Source: Utricularia gibba (taxonomy: Eukaryota; Plantae; Magnoliophyta). Taken from it: a DNA stretch of 64,000 bases. The notes under the pieces were generated by a model, which had not been told where the DNA came from, made no database searches, and worked only from the letters and a program-made list of their open reading frames with translations. Positions 36,119 through 48,800 of this stretch are shown here, one piece after another (position 1 is the stretch's first letter; each line of letters begins with the position of its first letter). The translations under genes were made by a program, and so were the position numbers. The DNA lies in assembly GCA_002189035.1 (NCBI GenBank), contig NEEC01000015.1:1798001-1862000 (forward strand), in the 5' to 3' direction.

Positions 36119-37654
36119 ATCAAGTTAGCACAAATGGGATGCTATAGTGAAATGCTACATGTCATGGACATTGAATATTTTCAATGAACCTGGATTCCAT
36201 GTGCTTTCTGCGAACTTGTTGATTATAAAAGATATCCCGAACAGTCACTACAAAAGTGATACACATAGTACTTAAGAAAGCCTCTCATCACACCAAATAA
36301 CTACAAGGTGGCATCGGTAATCTGGTTCAGTCATAAAGGATGTTACAAAGAACAGAGTCCAAAAAATTAAGAATGATATGATGGATGGAAGGGCGCAACA
36401 ACCAAAAACTAATTAAGATGGGTAAAACTTGGATGCTAACAACTGAAACATGCTGTCAAAGTGGGTAGAGCTAAGAAAGAAGCACCCTAGTAGCCGTTTA
36501 GTCAGATACAAATAAGGTAATACAAAGAAAGAGAAAGATCAACAATTTTCCCAAGGTGGGGGGGGGGGGGGTACAAGATGTCATGGCAGCGGTTGATCAA
36601 AACTAAATAACTCCCTTTTAAGATAAGCATCAACAAAGTTATAACGCGTCACCTGTAGTTCCCACATTATTCCTGTCATCAGTGACTCCAAGAAACAGAC
36701 ACTTTGAATTCTGCAAGTACGTCATAAGTTAAGTAAATTATAGGCAGCATTCACACCCTAAAAATAAGGAAGAGGATTAATCCAGAACCTTAATTATTTT
36801 CTTGTATCCATTAGGCTTTCCCTGTACTTTCGTCAAGATTTCCAGCACGGAAACATCAGAAATTGAGCAAAGTGCCTCCCCATGAAAGTTCAAGTTTTCC
36901 ATGCCGCTTTTTACCAGATTTAAGTCATCAAATTTTGATGTTGCTATAAAACAACAGATAACAATGAGGGAAAAGTGTGGCAAGCCAATGCCTAACAAGA
37001 AATCCTGATGAGCCGAAACCGGCCAATGAAGTTAATACTACCTCATGCCAAACACATTTCAACGGCCTTAGCAAAAACACACAATACATACGAGAATTGA
37101 TTTTTTTGACATAGTAAATGCCTAGTTCTTATAGTACCATGTTGCTCTCCTAAAAGCATTAATCCATCCCGAGAGATACCGCATCCTGAAAAAGGTAACG
37201 TCATAAGTTCCTCCTTATAACGGATGATTTCTGTTCCCCCCCACCACAAAAAAAGGAAAACAAAAATAGGACAAGTTACCATTATCCACCACCTTAATGC
37301 AGCAGTTTGCAATGCTAACAGCCACATCTATCTAGCTCCCAAAAGACATAAAATGTTAGAAAATTACAATATGATATAAAAAAAATCAACTTTCATGTCT
37401 TCACTTCACATTTTCCCTGAAATGAGATGCAGTTTTATTTCCACATTTCACCGCTGTTAGTTTTGATCACTCAGACAGGAAGAGACACACACAATAAAAG
37501 TTACTAGTAGCCGCACAGGTAAGGTTACCTTGGTAGCTCCGGAATCAACGCTGTTGCAGACTAGCTCCTCCACGATCCTTGCCATGTCGTTTATCACCAC
37601 TCCAGATCGCAATCGGCGGTAGACGGCCTCGGGCAACCGTTTGATGCTCGTCAT
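31405..37654 (-). CDS. MLH3: MutL-gamma subunit MLH3 (meiotic crossover / mismatch-repair endonuclease), multi-exon
   Basis: N-terminus IKRLPE..LRSG..RIVEELVCNSVDSGATK, then VDNG.GISRDG and ATSKF. Large central exon. Endonuclease motif DQHAADERIRLEE, ACRGAIMFGD and CAHGRPTTVPL. Confidence 0.93.
36069..36114. repeat. (AG)23 microsatellite in an MLH3 intron
   Basis: Uninterrupted AG dinucleotide run read directly from the sequence. Confidence 0.95.
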
Positions 37655-38305
37655 CTAACAACAGATTTTACTTAACAATACTCAGCGACATAGCAAATGC
37701 AAAAATCCCGAACAAAACATTTTCGCGTAAATACAAAACCGTCCTACAGTATTCGCCGCAGGACATGAAATGGATTTTTCTTCAAGAATAATGCTTCCTT
37801 TAGCGCGGAGTTCGGTTGGCGGACGCGGCTGGGACACCCTGTTCCGAAGCGGGAAAACGGCAGAACGTGCGAGCGAAAGCGCTGGAAAATAACGACGACG
37901 TTTCAGTCCTCAACCCGTCAGCTCATATAGTCGGTATTTAAACGCCGATGAGCTGTTTCTGTAAGCTCATCCAACGCGAACAAAAACTCTGCGTTCTCAC
38001 TTTTGCTTTCAAGTCGCGAACTTTTCTTCGCGGTTTATATGCCAACCTCCTTTTGTAAACCAAGAAGAGAGAAAAACCCAGAAAATCAAACTGAAATTGC
38101 TTGATTCAAGTCAACAGATGAAACACTCCACTTCAACAAGAGCAAGTTCATCAAGAAAGAAGCCAAACCAGGAATACGTTCTACGGTTAATTCGGCAGAA
38201 CGAGAAAACAAAAACCTCAGAAAAAACTACATAAATGTGAGTATGCTCGCGAATGGAGTAGGGTGACTGCAATTTTCCGCAAACCCATTTTGATTCAACG
38301 AAGCA

Positions 38306-38773
38306 CTAGTCGAGCTCCTTCGCAACTTTAATCCCCATCGAATTAGCAGTTCCGATGATCGATTTTGCGATGGATTCGAGTGGCATGTACTGGCAAAAAG
38401 GGTCACTTTGCTTGATCTTGGCGATCTCATAGATATGCTTGAGCGTGATCGTGGAGGCAGTCACGTGGCCCGGGCGGCTGCTGCCGCTCTCGATTCCCGC
38501 CGTCTTCTTCAGGTACCACGTTACCGATGGAGACCTAACGGTGAACTCGAAGGTGTTGTCAGTGAAGGCCGTTATGACGACTGCCATCGGCGTATCGGGC
38601 TTGTATTTCTGGGTCCGCGCGTTGAAGTCCTTGCAAAACGCCATTAGATTCAACCTGTACTGGCCCAACGCCGGTCCTACAGGAGGCGCAGGCTTAGCTG
38701 CTCCCGCTGGCACTGTAAGACGGATAGTCGCCGCCACCGGACGCCGAGTGAGAATCTCCTTGAGCGTCGCCAT
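38306..38773 (-). CDS. RPL11: Ribosomal protein uL11, mitochondrial type, intronless, 155 aa
   Basis: IRLTVPAGAAKPAPPVGPALGQYRLNLMAFCKDFNART and SIIGTANSMGI, which are bacterial-type L11 motifs. Confidence 0.95.
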   Translation of the reverse strand: MATLKEILTRRPVAATIRLTVPAGAAKPAPPVGPALGQYRLNLMAFCKDFNARTQKYKPDTPMAVVITAFTDNTFEFTVRSPSVTWYLKKTAGIESGSSRPGHVTASTITLKHIYEIAKIKQSDPFCQYMPLESIAKSIIGTANSMGIKVAKELD

Positions 38774-38829
38774 TTTCAGCTATTCGTTGCAGTGATCTCG
38801 TTCAGAGGATCCAGTTTATCCAGTCCCCT

Positions 38830-38867
38830 TGGGCCCGTAGACCACTTTACTGGGCCTCGCTTGGGCC
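38830..38867. promoter_or_regulatory. Three site II (TGGGCY, TCP-binding) motifs in the 258-bp divergent RPL11/RRP44A intergenic region
   Basis: TGGGCC at 38830, 38851 and 38862. Clustered site II motifs are established in plant ribosomal and mitochondrial housekeeping promoters. Confidence 0.6.
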
Positions 38868-39031
38868 TGCTTTGTAGACAAATATTTTATTTTTTATTTT
38901 TGTATTTATAGTTAACGCCGGCGTCCACCGGCCGCCGTTGGTCCGTCTCTCTTGCGGATGCGTTATCCCTCACTTTGCTTCGTAAGTTTTTAATTACGCC
39001 CGCTGAAAAAGGAACAGAGGAAGATCTTAGA

Positions 39032-42000
39032 ATGTTGCAGAGCAAGTCATTCGTCAAGAAAACAAAGAAAGGAGTAGTCAAGGTACTCTTTCCCACCGAG
39101 TTTCTGTTTTTTTTTTCAATGCTTTTATTGATTGCTCTATGCTTAGACTGATCAGCATCGATTCCCAGGTTGTGAGGGAGCACTATTTGAGAGATGACAT
39201 ATACTGTGGTGCTACTTTCTGCAAGGTTTGTTTGGTTGATTCTGCGAAGCTCAGTTCGTCTGCATCAACAATCGTAGTCCTTGACACTAATGTTGTTCTT
39301 CATCAGGTGAAGCTTTATTTCATATTAATGCAACTGGGATATATTTTGATTTTTCATACATGTATGCTAGATTGATTTGCTTGAAAACCCGGCCATTGAT
39401 GACGTGGTGGTGCTCTCAGTCGTATTGGATGAGGTAAAGAACAAAAGTCCTGCGATATACAACAGGATCAGGGCACTATGCAGCAACCCTGCGAGGAGAT
39501 TTTTTGTATTTTCTAATGAAAACCACAAGTATGGTCCAGTCGGATTTGTGCTCATCTTTTTTCAATATATATTTTTTGATTTAGGAGATGTATTCAGGCT
39601 CTATACACTTTTGGTTTTTGATAGGGATACCTATGTAAAGATTGAGACTGGTGAAACTCCAAATGATCGAAATGATAGAGGTATGCTTGTAAATGAAATG
39701 GTTGTTTCATTTCGAGGAACAAAAGAGGAGTAGTGCAATGCTCAATGAAACCGTTTCACTGTGCCATAGACTGAGTGGAAATGTTGACCATAGACTGAGG
39801 GGTTTTTCCTTGAAAGAGGAAATAAGTTTGGTATTACGGTTCCCTTTTAATCCTGGAATGTTTTTAAAACAGTAACTCCTACTTCTGTTTATTATTCCAA
39901 AAATAAAACCCGCTCATCCTTGTGAATGATTTATATATGTGATATTCTTTATATATTTACACCTCCGGCCTCTATCAGATTTTTAGATGTTGGTGCTGTT
40001 TCCAATTATGTGTGAATCTAAATTTTTCTCCCATGACTTTTCCATGTCAGCAATCCGAGTGGCTAGTCAATGGTATCAGAATCATCTTGGTGGTTCTGTT
40101 CGGGTCTTGCTTGTTACCAATGACAGAGAAAATAAAAGGAAGGCTTTGCAAAATGGTATTAACGCAGAAACAGGTATAACATGCTTAGTAGACAAGAATG
40201 CGCTGAATCTTGTTCTTTTTGTTTGTTGTATACAGTAAGAATGTGAGGTATGGTTACTTATAAAACAACATATTTAACTACGAATAGTTTATCCCTTTAT
40301 GTATTCACCAAATACATGAAAAGTTTTAGCTGAACCTTCCACCAGACCCTTCGGGTAGGCATCAAATTATGGAATGTTCATTCATTTTTAGGCATCTCTC
40401 GTTTTTTTTATTCATGTTTCCATACCTTATATAATAAGTATTCGAGATTCATTGTTCTTGATCACAGTTGATTCGTATGTCAAGTTGCTGGGTCAACCTG
40501 AATTATGTGATCTGATTGTTCAGCCTTCATCTGAGGATCAGCACATGGAAGATGTAGAAGATTTGAGGCCATCAAAGAGAAAGACAGTGTATCCTGAGGT
40601 ATGTGGATGGGCTCCGTCTTGCTTTTTAGAGGGATACCTAGACCCTTCTAGATGCTCCCCCTACTTTGGGTTTTGTTTATTTATCCGTCATCTGTTTCTC
40701 TTGCAGCATAAGCCGATGTCGGAAATTACTTCTGGTCTGCACCGTGGTATATATCATCAAGGAAAACTTCGAGTTAATCGATACAATCCTTTTGAGGCAT
40801 ATGTTGGAAGTGAAAGCATAGGAGACGAAATTGTAATTTATGGACGTACCAATATGAACAGAGCTTTTGATGGTGATGTAGTGGCTGTTGAACTTTTGCC
40901 TCAAGATGAATGGCAAGAAGACAAAACTCTTGCTATTTCGAATGATGGTGAGTTACCTTTAAAAAAAAAATAATGCTTTGCATTCGAGAGTATGTGTATG
41001 CTGCCATCAGCATTGTGATTTTAGGGTGATCAGACAGTTAAATGCATTGGTTAAATTTCCAAAACAATATAGGATGTTCCAGTGTATGGCTCCTATCTTG
41101 TTGCTGTTCAATTTTTTTTTTAACCATCAATACTAAATAAATTAAGTGCATGCAGAATTAAAAAAGTTGTTATGTAGGGTTTTGATCTTGTTAATGTTTT
41201 TTTTATTCTGCTTCAGAGGATGACGATGAAGAATCTGTTCATTTAGCCCCAAGCAGTGCTGATGATGCTCCGAGGTTGTCAAGTATATCTATGATTTCTG
41301 GTTCACAGAAAAATGTAACATCAGCTCGCCCGCATGGCCATGTTATTGGCATTATTAAACGGAACTGGCACTCGTAAGTCATGCAATGACCATCTGATGA
41401 GTGTTCATGATTTTATTAACCATGTGTCTTAGACTGCTGGGAAACATTAAAATTTGAGGTTGATGCAATTTTATGCAGCTATTGTGGATCTCTGGAACCA
41501 ATGCCCATGCCTGCCGGCGATGGTGGTGTTGCACATGCTCTATTTTCTTCCAAGGATCAAAGGATTCCAAGAATTCGTATACAAACTCGCCAGCTTGGAA
41601 ACTTACTTGACAAAAGAATAGTAGTTGCCGTGGATTCGTGGGATCGCTTATCTCGATACCCGTCTGGGCATTATGTGAAAACAATAGGCAATATTGGTGA
41701 CAGAGATACTGAGACTGAGGTGCATTGGCTTGCCTCTCCCATCTTTTTCAACTGCTGAAATTAAATATGGTTTTGAGGCATTTATGGATTTTATTTATTT
41801 AGCTCATGCCAACATGAAATATAGACAAGATTATGAATAATCATGTATGCAGACAATATTCATATGTGGTCCTAGCTAAATAATAAGCTTGCATAACTGC
41901 ATCTTTTCATTTTACAGGTGTTGCTGATAGAGAATAACGTGGATGCCAAACCATTTTCATCTCAAGTTTTGGCATGTTTGCCACCCCTACCTTGGGCTGT

Positions 42001-45000
42001 TTCTGCTGAAGATTTGACGAATCCTGTTAGGCAGGACCTACGACACCTTCGCGTCTTCAGTGTGGATCCTCCAGGTTGTTATTTCACGCAGGAAATTTCC
42101 TTAGATACTACTCTATATCCATGAATTGAGCCCTTCATTGGTTTTGGTTCAGGATGCAAGGATATTGATGATGCACTGCACTGCACACTTCTTCCAGGAG
42201 GGAACTTTGAAGTTGGAGTCCGTATCCTATCATTTCAATTAATTGGTTCTTACTCTATATATATATATAAAGACTGAAAACCCAAACTGCTTAAATAATC
42301 CCAAGCGAATCGTTTTAACCAATAGTCATTTAATTGGTTAAATTGCCAAATTTTAATTTTTTTAAAATACTATTATTTCACTGTTAATTTTGTTAAACGG
42401 TTCAGACCATTTAATTGAAACTGTTTGACCAGTGCCCAGTTCAGTTAAATGGTTCGATGCTTTTTTGCAGACCCTATGTGATAATGCTTAATTCTAAAAG
42501 TGCATTAAGTAGGAAATTAGATTCTTGAATATGTTCTTTCTTAACCATGTGATAGATATTGCTGATGTCACAAATTTTGTTCATCCTGGAAGCCCATTGG
42601 ACGATGAAGCTGCACAAAGGGGCACATCTGTTTATCTTGTTGAGAAACGTATCGACATGCTACCAAAGCCACTTACAGAAGGTTTTTGTTGCCTGGTTTT
42701 CTTGAGTTTTTTAAATGTGACTTACATTGATGTTGCCTACTAAAAATGTAAATATTTTTGCAGATATATGTTCTTTACGGTCAGATGTGGAGAGGCTTAC
42801 CTTCTCTGTCATATGGGTACTTTCTTTTTTACTGTTTTTTAGTTCGTACGTATTTCTTTTTTTTGTGGCTCCACATTTTGATTGCAATTGTATTTGGTTT
42901 AGGGTTTAGGGTTTAGTTCATGCATATTTTTATGGTTCAGGAAATGACGCCTGAGGCAGAGATTATTTCTACAAGGTACACAAAAGCCATTATCAGATCT
43001 TGTGCAGCATTATCCTATGTTGAGGCCCAGGCGAGGATGGATGATAGGTAAGAACTCCAAACCATTTTGTTTGACTTTAACATGGAGAGATGTTGTCGTC
43101 AATTTGAATCCTGCTTTCAAGGCCAATTTTGATTCCATTTATGGTTTTTGTGGAGTAAAAAAAAGAAAGCTTCTCACTTGCATTGATTCCACAGCCGCTT
43201 GGTGGATTCTTTGACTACAGATTTGCGGAATATGAATACGTTGGCCAAGGTAAATTAGAAGAATTCTAGAATCAGCAAGTCATAGGCGATGTGACTTAAC
43301 CTTGCATACTTCCGTTGCAATATTCAGATAATGAGGCAAAGGCGAATTGACAGAGGAGCCCTGACTCTTGCTTCGGCAGAAGTGAAATTCCAGATTGATA
43401 CGGAAACTCATGATCCTCTGGATATTGGTATGCCTTCTGAGCACCTCCTTTCAGACGTGAAATTTTTCAACATTTTCTATTCTACATTTTTTTTTGTTAA
43501 GGCTGTAATTTTGTTTATTTTTCGATCTGCAAAATGATGGCCTGATGGATTTGCAATTGTACAGGTATGTATCAAATTCGTGAAGCAAATCAAATGATTG
43601 AGGAGTTTATGCTGGCGGCAAATATATCAGTAGCTGAAAAGATTTTGCAGCATTTTCCTCTTTCATCATTGCTACGGTACTTGACTAGACCGCTTTTGCA
43701 AGGTTTATTGGCTTGTCAAGATAGCATGCCCTTTTTGAGCTTTAGCAACATTTACCGTTGGTCAGCGTTGATAGCTCTCTTAAGTGTATCTCATTGCAAT
43801 GCAGGCGACATCCTGCCCCAACTAAGGAGATGCTTGAACCTTTACTTCAGACTGCTGCATCAGTAGGTTTATCTTTGGATGTGTCTTCCTCAAAAGGTCT
43901 GGCAGATTCACTTGATCGTGCTGTGGTGAGATAGCTATTCTTGTCATAATATGAGACAAGATTAACCTTCTAGTGTGTTGATTCTTCGTTATTTTTTTCA
44001 TGATTTCCGAACACTTTACTGTTAAGCAAAAACCGAAAAAGTTCGATTTTTCAGGCTGATGATCCATATTTTAATAAGCTGATACGTATTCTGGCGACAA
44101 GATGTATGACACAGGTACATCAGTCACCGTCATGCAGTTTGGATTGTAGCACACTCTGCTTATATTCAATTGAAATTTCCAGGCAGTATATTTTTGTAGC
44201 GGAGATCTAACCCCCCTGAGTTTTCCCATTATGGCCTAGCCTCTCCCTTGTACACGCATTTTACTTCTCCTATAAGAAGATATGCAGGTATCTTTCACAA
44301 GTGGTGTAATGTTTCATTGATTGTAACGATGACATGATATGTTAAATCTCCTTGTTTCATATAGATGTCATCGTTCACCGACTGCTCGCAGCATCCTTGG
44401 GCATAAGCAGACTCCCAGATGTATTCCAAGACAAATTTCAGCTTACTAGCATTGCTGACAGTAAGTACATCACTGAGCTGGAAGTTCTAATTATATTGTC
44501 TATGGCAAGCTGTAATGCTTTTCGACTTGTGAGGAACCGTTTTATTACCTGTAATGCTTGCAGACCTCAACTACCGGCACAGGAATGCTCAGATGGCTAG
44601 CCGGGCATCTGTTGAGCTGCATACACTGCTCTACTTCAAGAACAGGTAATCGATCATCTGTCACTTTCGTTACTTTCCATGTCCTCCGTATAACAGTACA
44701 ACATCTTTGTTTTCCAGATCCACAGATACTGAAGCAAGGATATTGAAAATCAGATCAAATGGGTTCATTGTATTCATACCGAAGTAAGTTTGCCCATTTT
44801 TCATACCTGTGTGCAGCTTAAACTCAAAAACCACAAGAAACACTACTGAACACGATTCACACCAAGTGGAAAAAGAACCACCGGAAGCTACAGGCGCACA
44901 CCCTTGGATTTCTTGTTTTACCTCACTTTCAATAACATTGTCTGTTATGCCTAGATACGGGATAGAAGGGCCTGTACACTTGATGCCAAGAGGGGCAAAA

Positions 45001-45158
45001 GCAGCAGGAGGGGAGAGTGGATTGTAGATGAACAGCAGCAGAAGATCAAAAAAATAGACGGCACTGCTTCATTTGGAGTTCTGCAAACTGTGCGGATCCA
45101 TTTGGAGGTCGTGGAGCCCCACCCGAACCGCCCAAAACTCCAGCTTACACTCATCTAA
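39032..45158 (+). CDS. RRP44A: Exosome catalytic subunit RRP44A/DIS3 (PIN + RNB + S1), multi-exon; two -1 frameshifts
   Basis: [30 protein letters not shown] motifs VLDTNVVL and PNDRNDRAIR, RNB motif [50 protein letters not shown], and terminal RPKLQLTLI*. Confidence 0.95.
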
Positions 45159-45853
45159 CATAGGTTTCTGTGCTCCAACAACACATCAGGACATAAATTA
45201 TTTTCCATTGTTGTTATAGTTTATTTTACCGGTGTTTCCGTTGCTTATTTCTTCTATTTTCTGTATCACCTCGATCATGTTCTTCCCGCGAGGTTTGCAG
45301 AACAAATCGTTCGTTTTAATCCCATGATCAGAAAAATAGTATAAATATGTGGGTAAGCATTCACAATTCCTACCCTAAACGCAGATGAAGGTGACTGGAA
45401 GACTGGCAGCATAAGCTCAGTCATACCTCTAGGCTTGCGATTGAAAACGATTTAAGAAGTGTACAAAAGGAAAGAGAAGTGAAGATGGTGTATAGGGATA
45501 AAAAGCTGATAAATTAAATACACACACAAAGAAAAAGGGCAACAAAACTCATACAGAACAATAGGACTACGCCACTACTTCAGAATTACAGCTGAAACTT
45601 ACGAAAAATATGATCAATACAGCATGGAAAAGCAGGACTAAAAAACCCAGACTTCCGCCTTCCAAAAGAATGTGCATCTAACCACTGACTAAAACTCTAC
45701 ACCAGTGTTGCATTACACACCACTGCCTGATCTCATGATCAGTGTCTCAGCAGCCAATCTCCTGTCGGATCATGGAAATGCAAAAGCGGGTTCTTCATGG
45801 GATTGGAGGGGAGCAGCTGATCGACAGTGATCCAAAGAATTGCATGAGTTGTT

Positions 45854-48800
45854 CTAGACAAGCCGGCGTGGTCTCATCCCCTTCCCGAAGTGAGGTTGCA
45901 TTAAGCGGACATATAAACCATTTTTCGCCACTAGAGAATCGTGTGTACCTTCCTCAACGATTTTCCCACCATTAAGCACCACAACATTGTCAACATGCCT
46001 CATCATGGCTGCACGATGAGCAATTAGAATGGTGGTTTTGTTCCCCATAACCAGTGTATCAAGTGCTTCTTGCACAACCCGGCTCGACTCAGACTCAATC
46101 GATGAACTGGCTTCATCGAGAAGTAATATAGGTGCATTCTTCAGAATAACTCTGGCAATTGCGATTCTCTGCTTTTGCCCTGGAGTTAAATCAACCCCTC
46201 GCATTCCTACATGAGTATCATACCCATGAGGAAGGCTGCTGATGAAATGATGGGCGTTCGCAATTCTTGCTGCTTCTTTCATCTCTGCCTCACTTGCATT
46301 ATGCCTAGCATATATAATGTTCTCTCTTATGGTTGTTGAGAATATAATCGGGTCCTGCTGAACAAGACCCAAGTGGCTCCTTAACCATCTCAAGTTGTAA
46401 GTTTTCAAATCTCTCCCATCCAAGAGTATCTGACCAGCTATTGGATCATAAAATCTTTCTATCAAAGATATGATAGTGCTCTTTCCAGAACCTGACACAC
46501 CTACAACTGCTACGGTTTGTCCACCATTAACTTTGAGGTTGAAATTGCTGAGAACAAAGACTTCTGGGCGAGTTGGATAAGAAAAATCGATGTTTTTCAG
46601 TTCAATGCTTCCATATACATTTGGGGGCTTCAGGGCTGTGTTATCATCAGGATCAATCTTGGGTGCTCTATCAATGATTTCAAAGACTGATGTCAGGGAC
46701 TTCCGGCGTTTGAGAATATATGGAGCCAGGCCAAACGGTTCAACTAATGCAAAAGTGGCAAAGGAGAACACCATGTATTCCTCCAGAGCTGGACCCAAAG
46801 CCCTATTACCACCATTCCTCACAGTAACAGCAGTGTACCATAGAAGAAGTGCATTGCAAGCAAACAGAAGAAACTGAGAAATCCCAAACGCTAAGCCAAT
46901 TCCTATTCCATGCAGAAAGCTTTTCATGAATATTTTCTTTAGCTGCAGCCTGTATAGCTCCATAACTTTGTTACCAGCACAAAATGCTACAACAGTATAA
47001 ATATTTCTAACAGCATCCTCCAAAACCAAAGACGCCTTCCTATGCATCTCCTGGATTCCCTTTGAGAACCCAGCAAGCCACAATTTCTGCAAAATGAAGA
47101 ACAGAAACAAAAGATAGTGGGCATGCATGTCAATATTAGGAGAAGTTAAAATTATTATCTTATTAAAAGAGGAGGAAACTCAAAATAAAAGAGAAAAAGT
47201 AACTGGACAAGGAGTTTATGCTGATATTTCATGTATCGCACAAGCACTCCATCATTTATTATGATTTGAAACGTCCCATTCAACAATGTCTGAAGGGGAG
47301 TTCAAATACAATGTGAATGAACTTTAATTATCACATAGCCACCAATTCATAACACCATGTGGTGTTCAGTATCACCAAAATTCGCTAGAAAATAAAAAGC
47401 TTAAATACCTGCGCAATTGCGGAAATTGTAAGAATTGGTAGAGTTGCAAGGGCTACTAGTGCCACTTTCCAATGTAGAAACATCCCGATGCCAATAGCAA
47501 CTAAAACAGCTGCAGTATCTTGAACAAATATCGATAGGCGGTTGCTAAATGCAGCACGCACAAAAGTAGCATCGTTTGCTAACTTTATGGACAGATTATC
47601 TGCACTGTTCTCATCCTCATCGAACCAACCAACCTCATTACGAAGCATAGCTGTTGACATAAAGTATTAGATATCCCATGCGCCTATCACACTATTGTAA
47701 TGAGAGATAAAGTAAATTCGCAATGTGATACCTGAAAACATCATTCTTCGAACACGCTCCGTCATTTTCTCCCCCATTATACCAAAGTAAAAATGCTGCA
47801 AAAAATTGGCGATCACAGTCACAATCCCCATGGCACCAATGATCAAGCACAACGTGTCTGTATGAGCATGTATACGCTCTCTCATATCTGTTCGATAGTA
47901 TTCCAAAACTATCAGAGCAATTACATATGCAAGGATTGGATTAAAAGACCCAAAAGTTGCAGCACCAATGCTTCCTAAAACTGCATAAAGCCATTCTGCG
48001 AGACTGAGCTTTATAAGTCTCAAGACAGAAGGCCCTTTCTGTGATTCACCGCTATTTTTTTCTTTCATCGTCATAGCCACATCATCAAATTGATCATGTG
48101 GCCGACTAAATGTCTGTGAATGGGAACGCTCGTTCTTTGGGTCGGATGTTAAAAGGGGGAGACAGGAGATTCGGGATCTGAAGGATTTGTCTGTTTCACT
48201 GTAGAATGAACATCAATCTTTGGTAATTCTGGTAGCATCATCTCAAAACTGTCCTGCCTCTTAATTCTGGGCTCTATATGAGTGGCATCAACTGATACAC
48301 CATTTTCAGTCATTTCTTCAGGTGCTGGGCTGTGAATTCTTGAAGAATCTCGAGAGGCAATTGTAACATCAGGGGGATGGAACATGTGAACAGCAGCAAC
48401 TCTTTGAAGAGAAGGTGATTTCATGATTCTAGGTGATGAGGGTTCTTGGCAGCTATAACTAGCAACAGAATCTTTTTCGATCTCAAATGCTGCTTTCTCC
48501 TTGTAGACTCTCATTGGCATCCTGAAAATCAAAACAAGAAACTACATATAAATTCTCTTTTAGAGAGTAATATTAAACATGCATCAGAAGTTTGAGTTTC
48601 AGAGAGTAATGAATTTTGGCCTCCTGGAACAACAACTATTCGTACTTCAGAAATCCCCTTGATATATGCAACCTGTTGAAGATTTTTTAATTGTACCTCC
48701 GTGGCAGTTTTGTGGCTTCCTCATACTTAAGTAGCTCTGCATAAAGGCCATCCAAATTCACCAATTCCTCATGTGTACCCATTTCAACAAGTTGACCTTC

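Noticed and set aside
36558-36571. G14 run in an MLH3 intron as a G-quadruplex or regulatory element
   Set aside because: It is a simple homopolymer whose length is unreliable in this assembly, with no supporting context.
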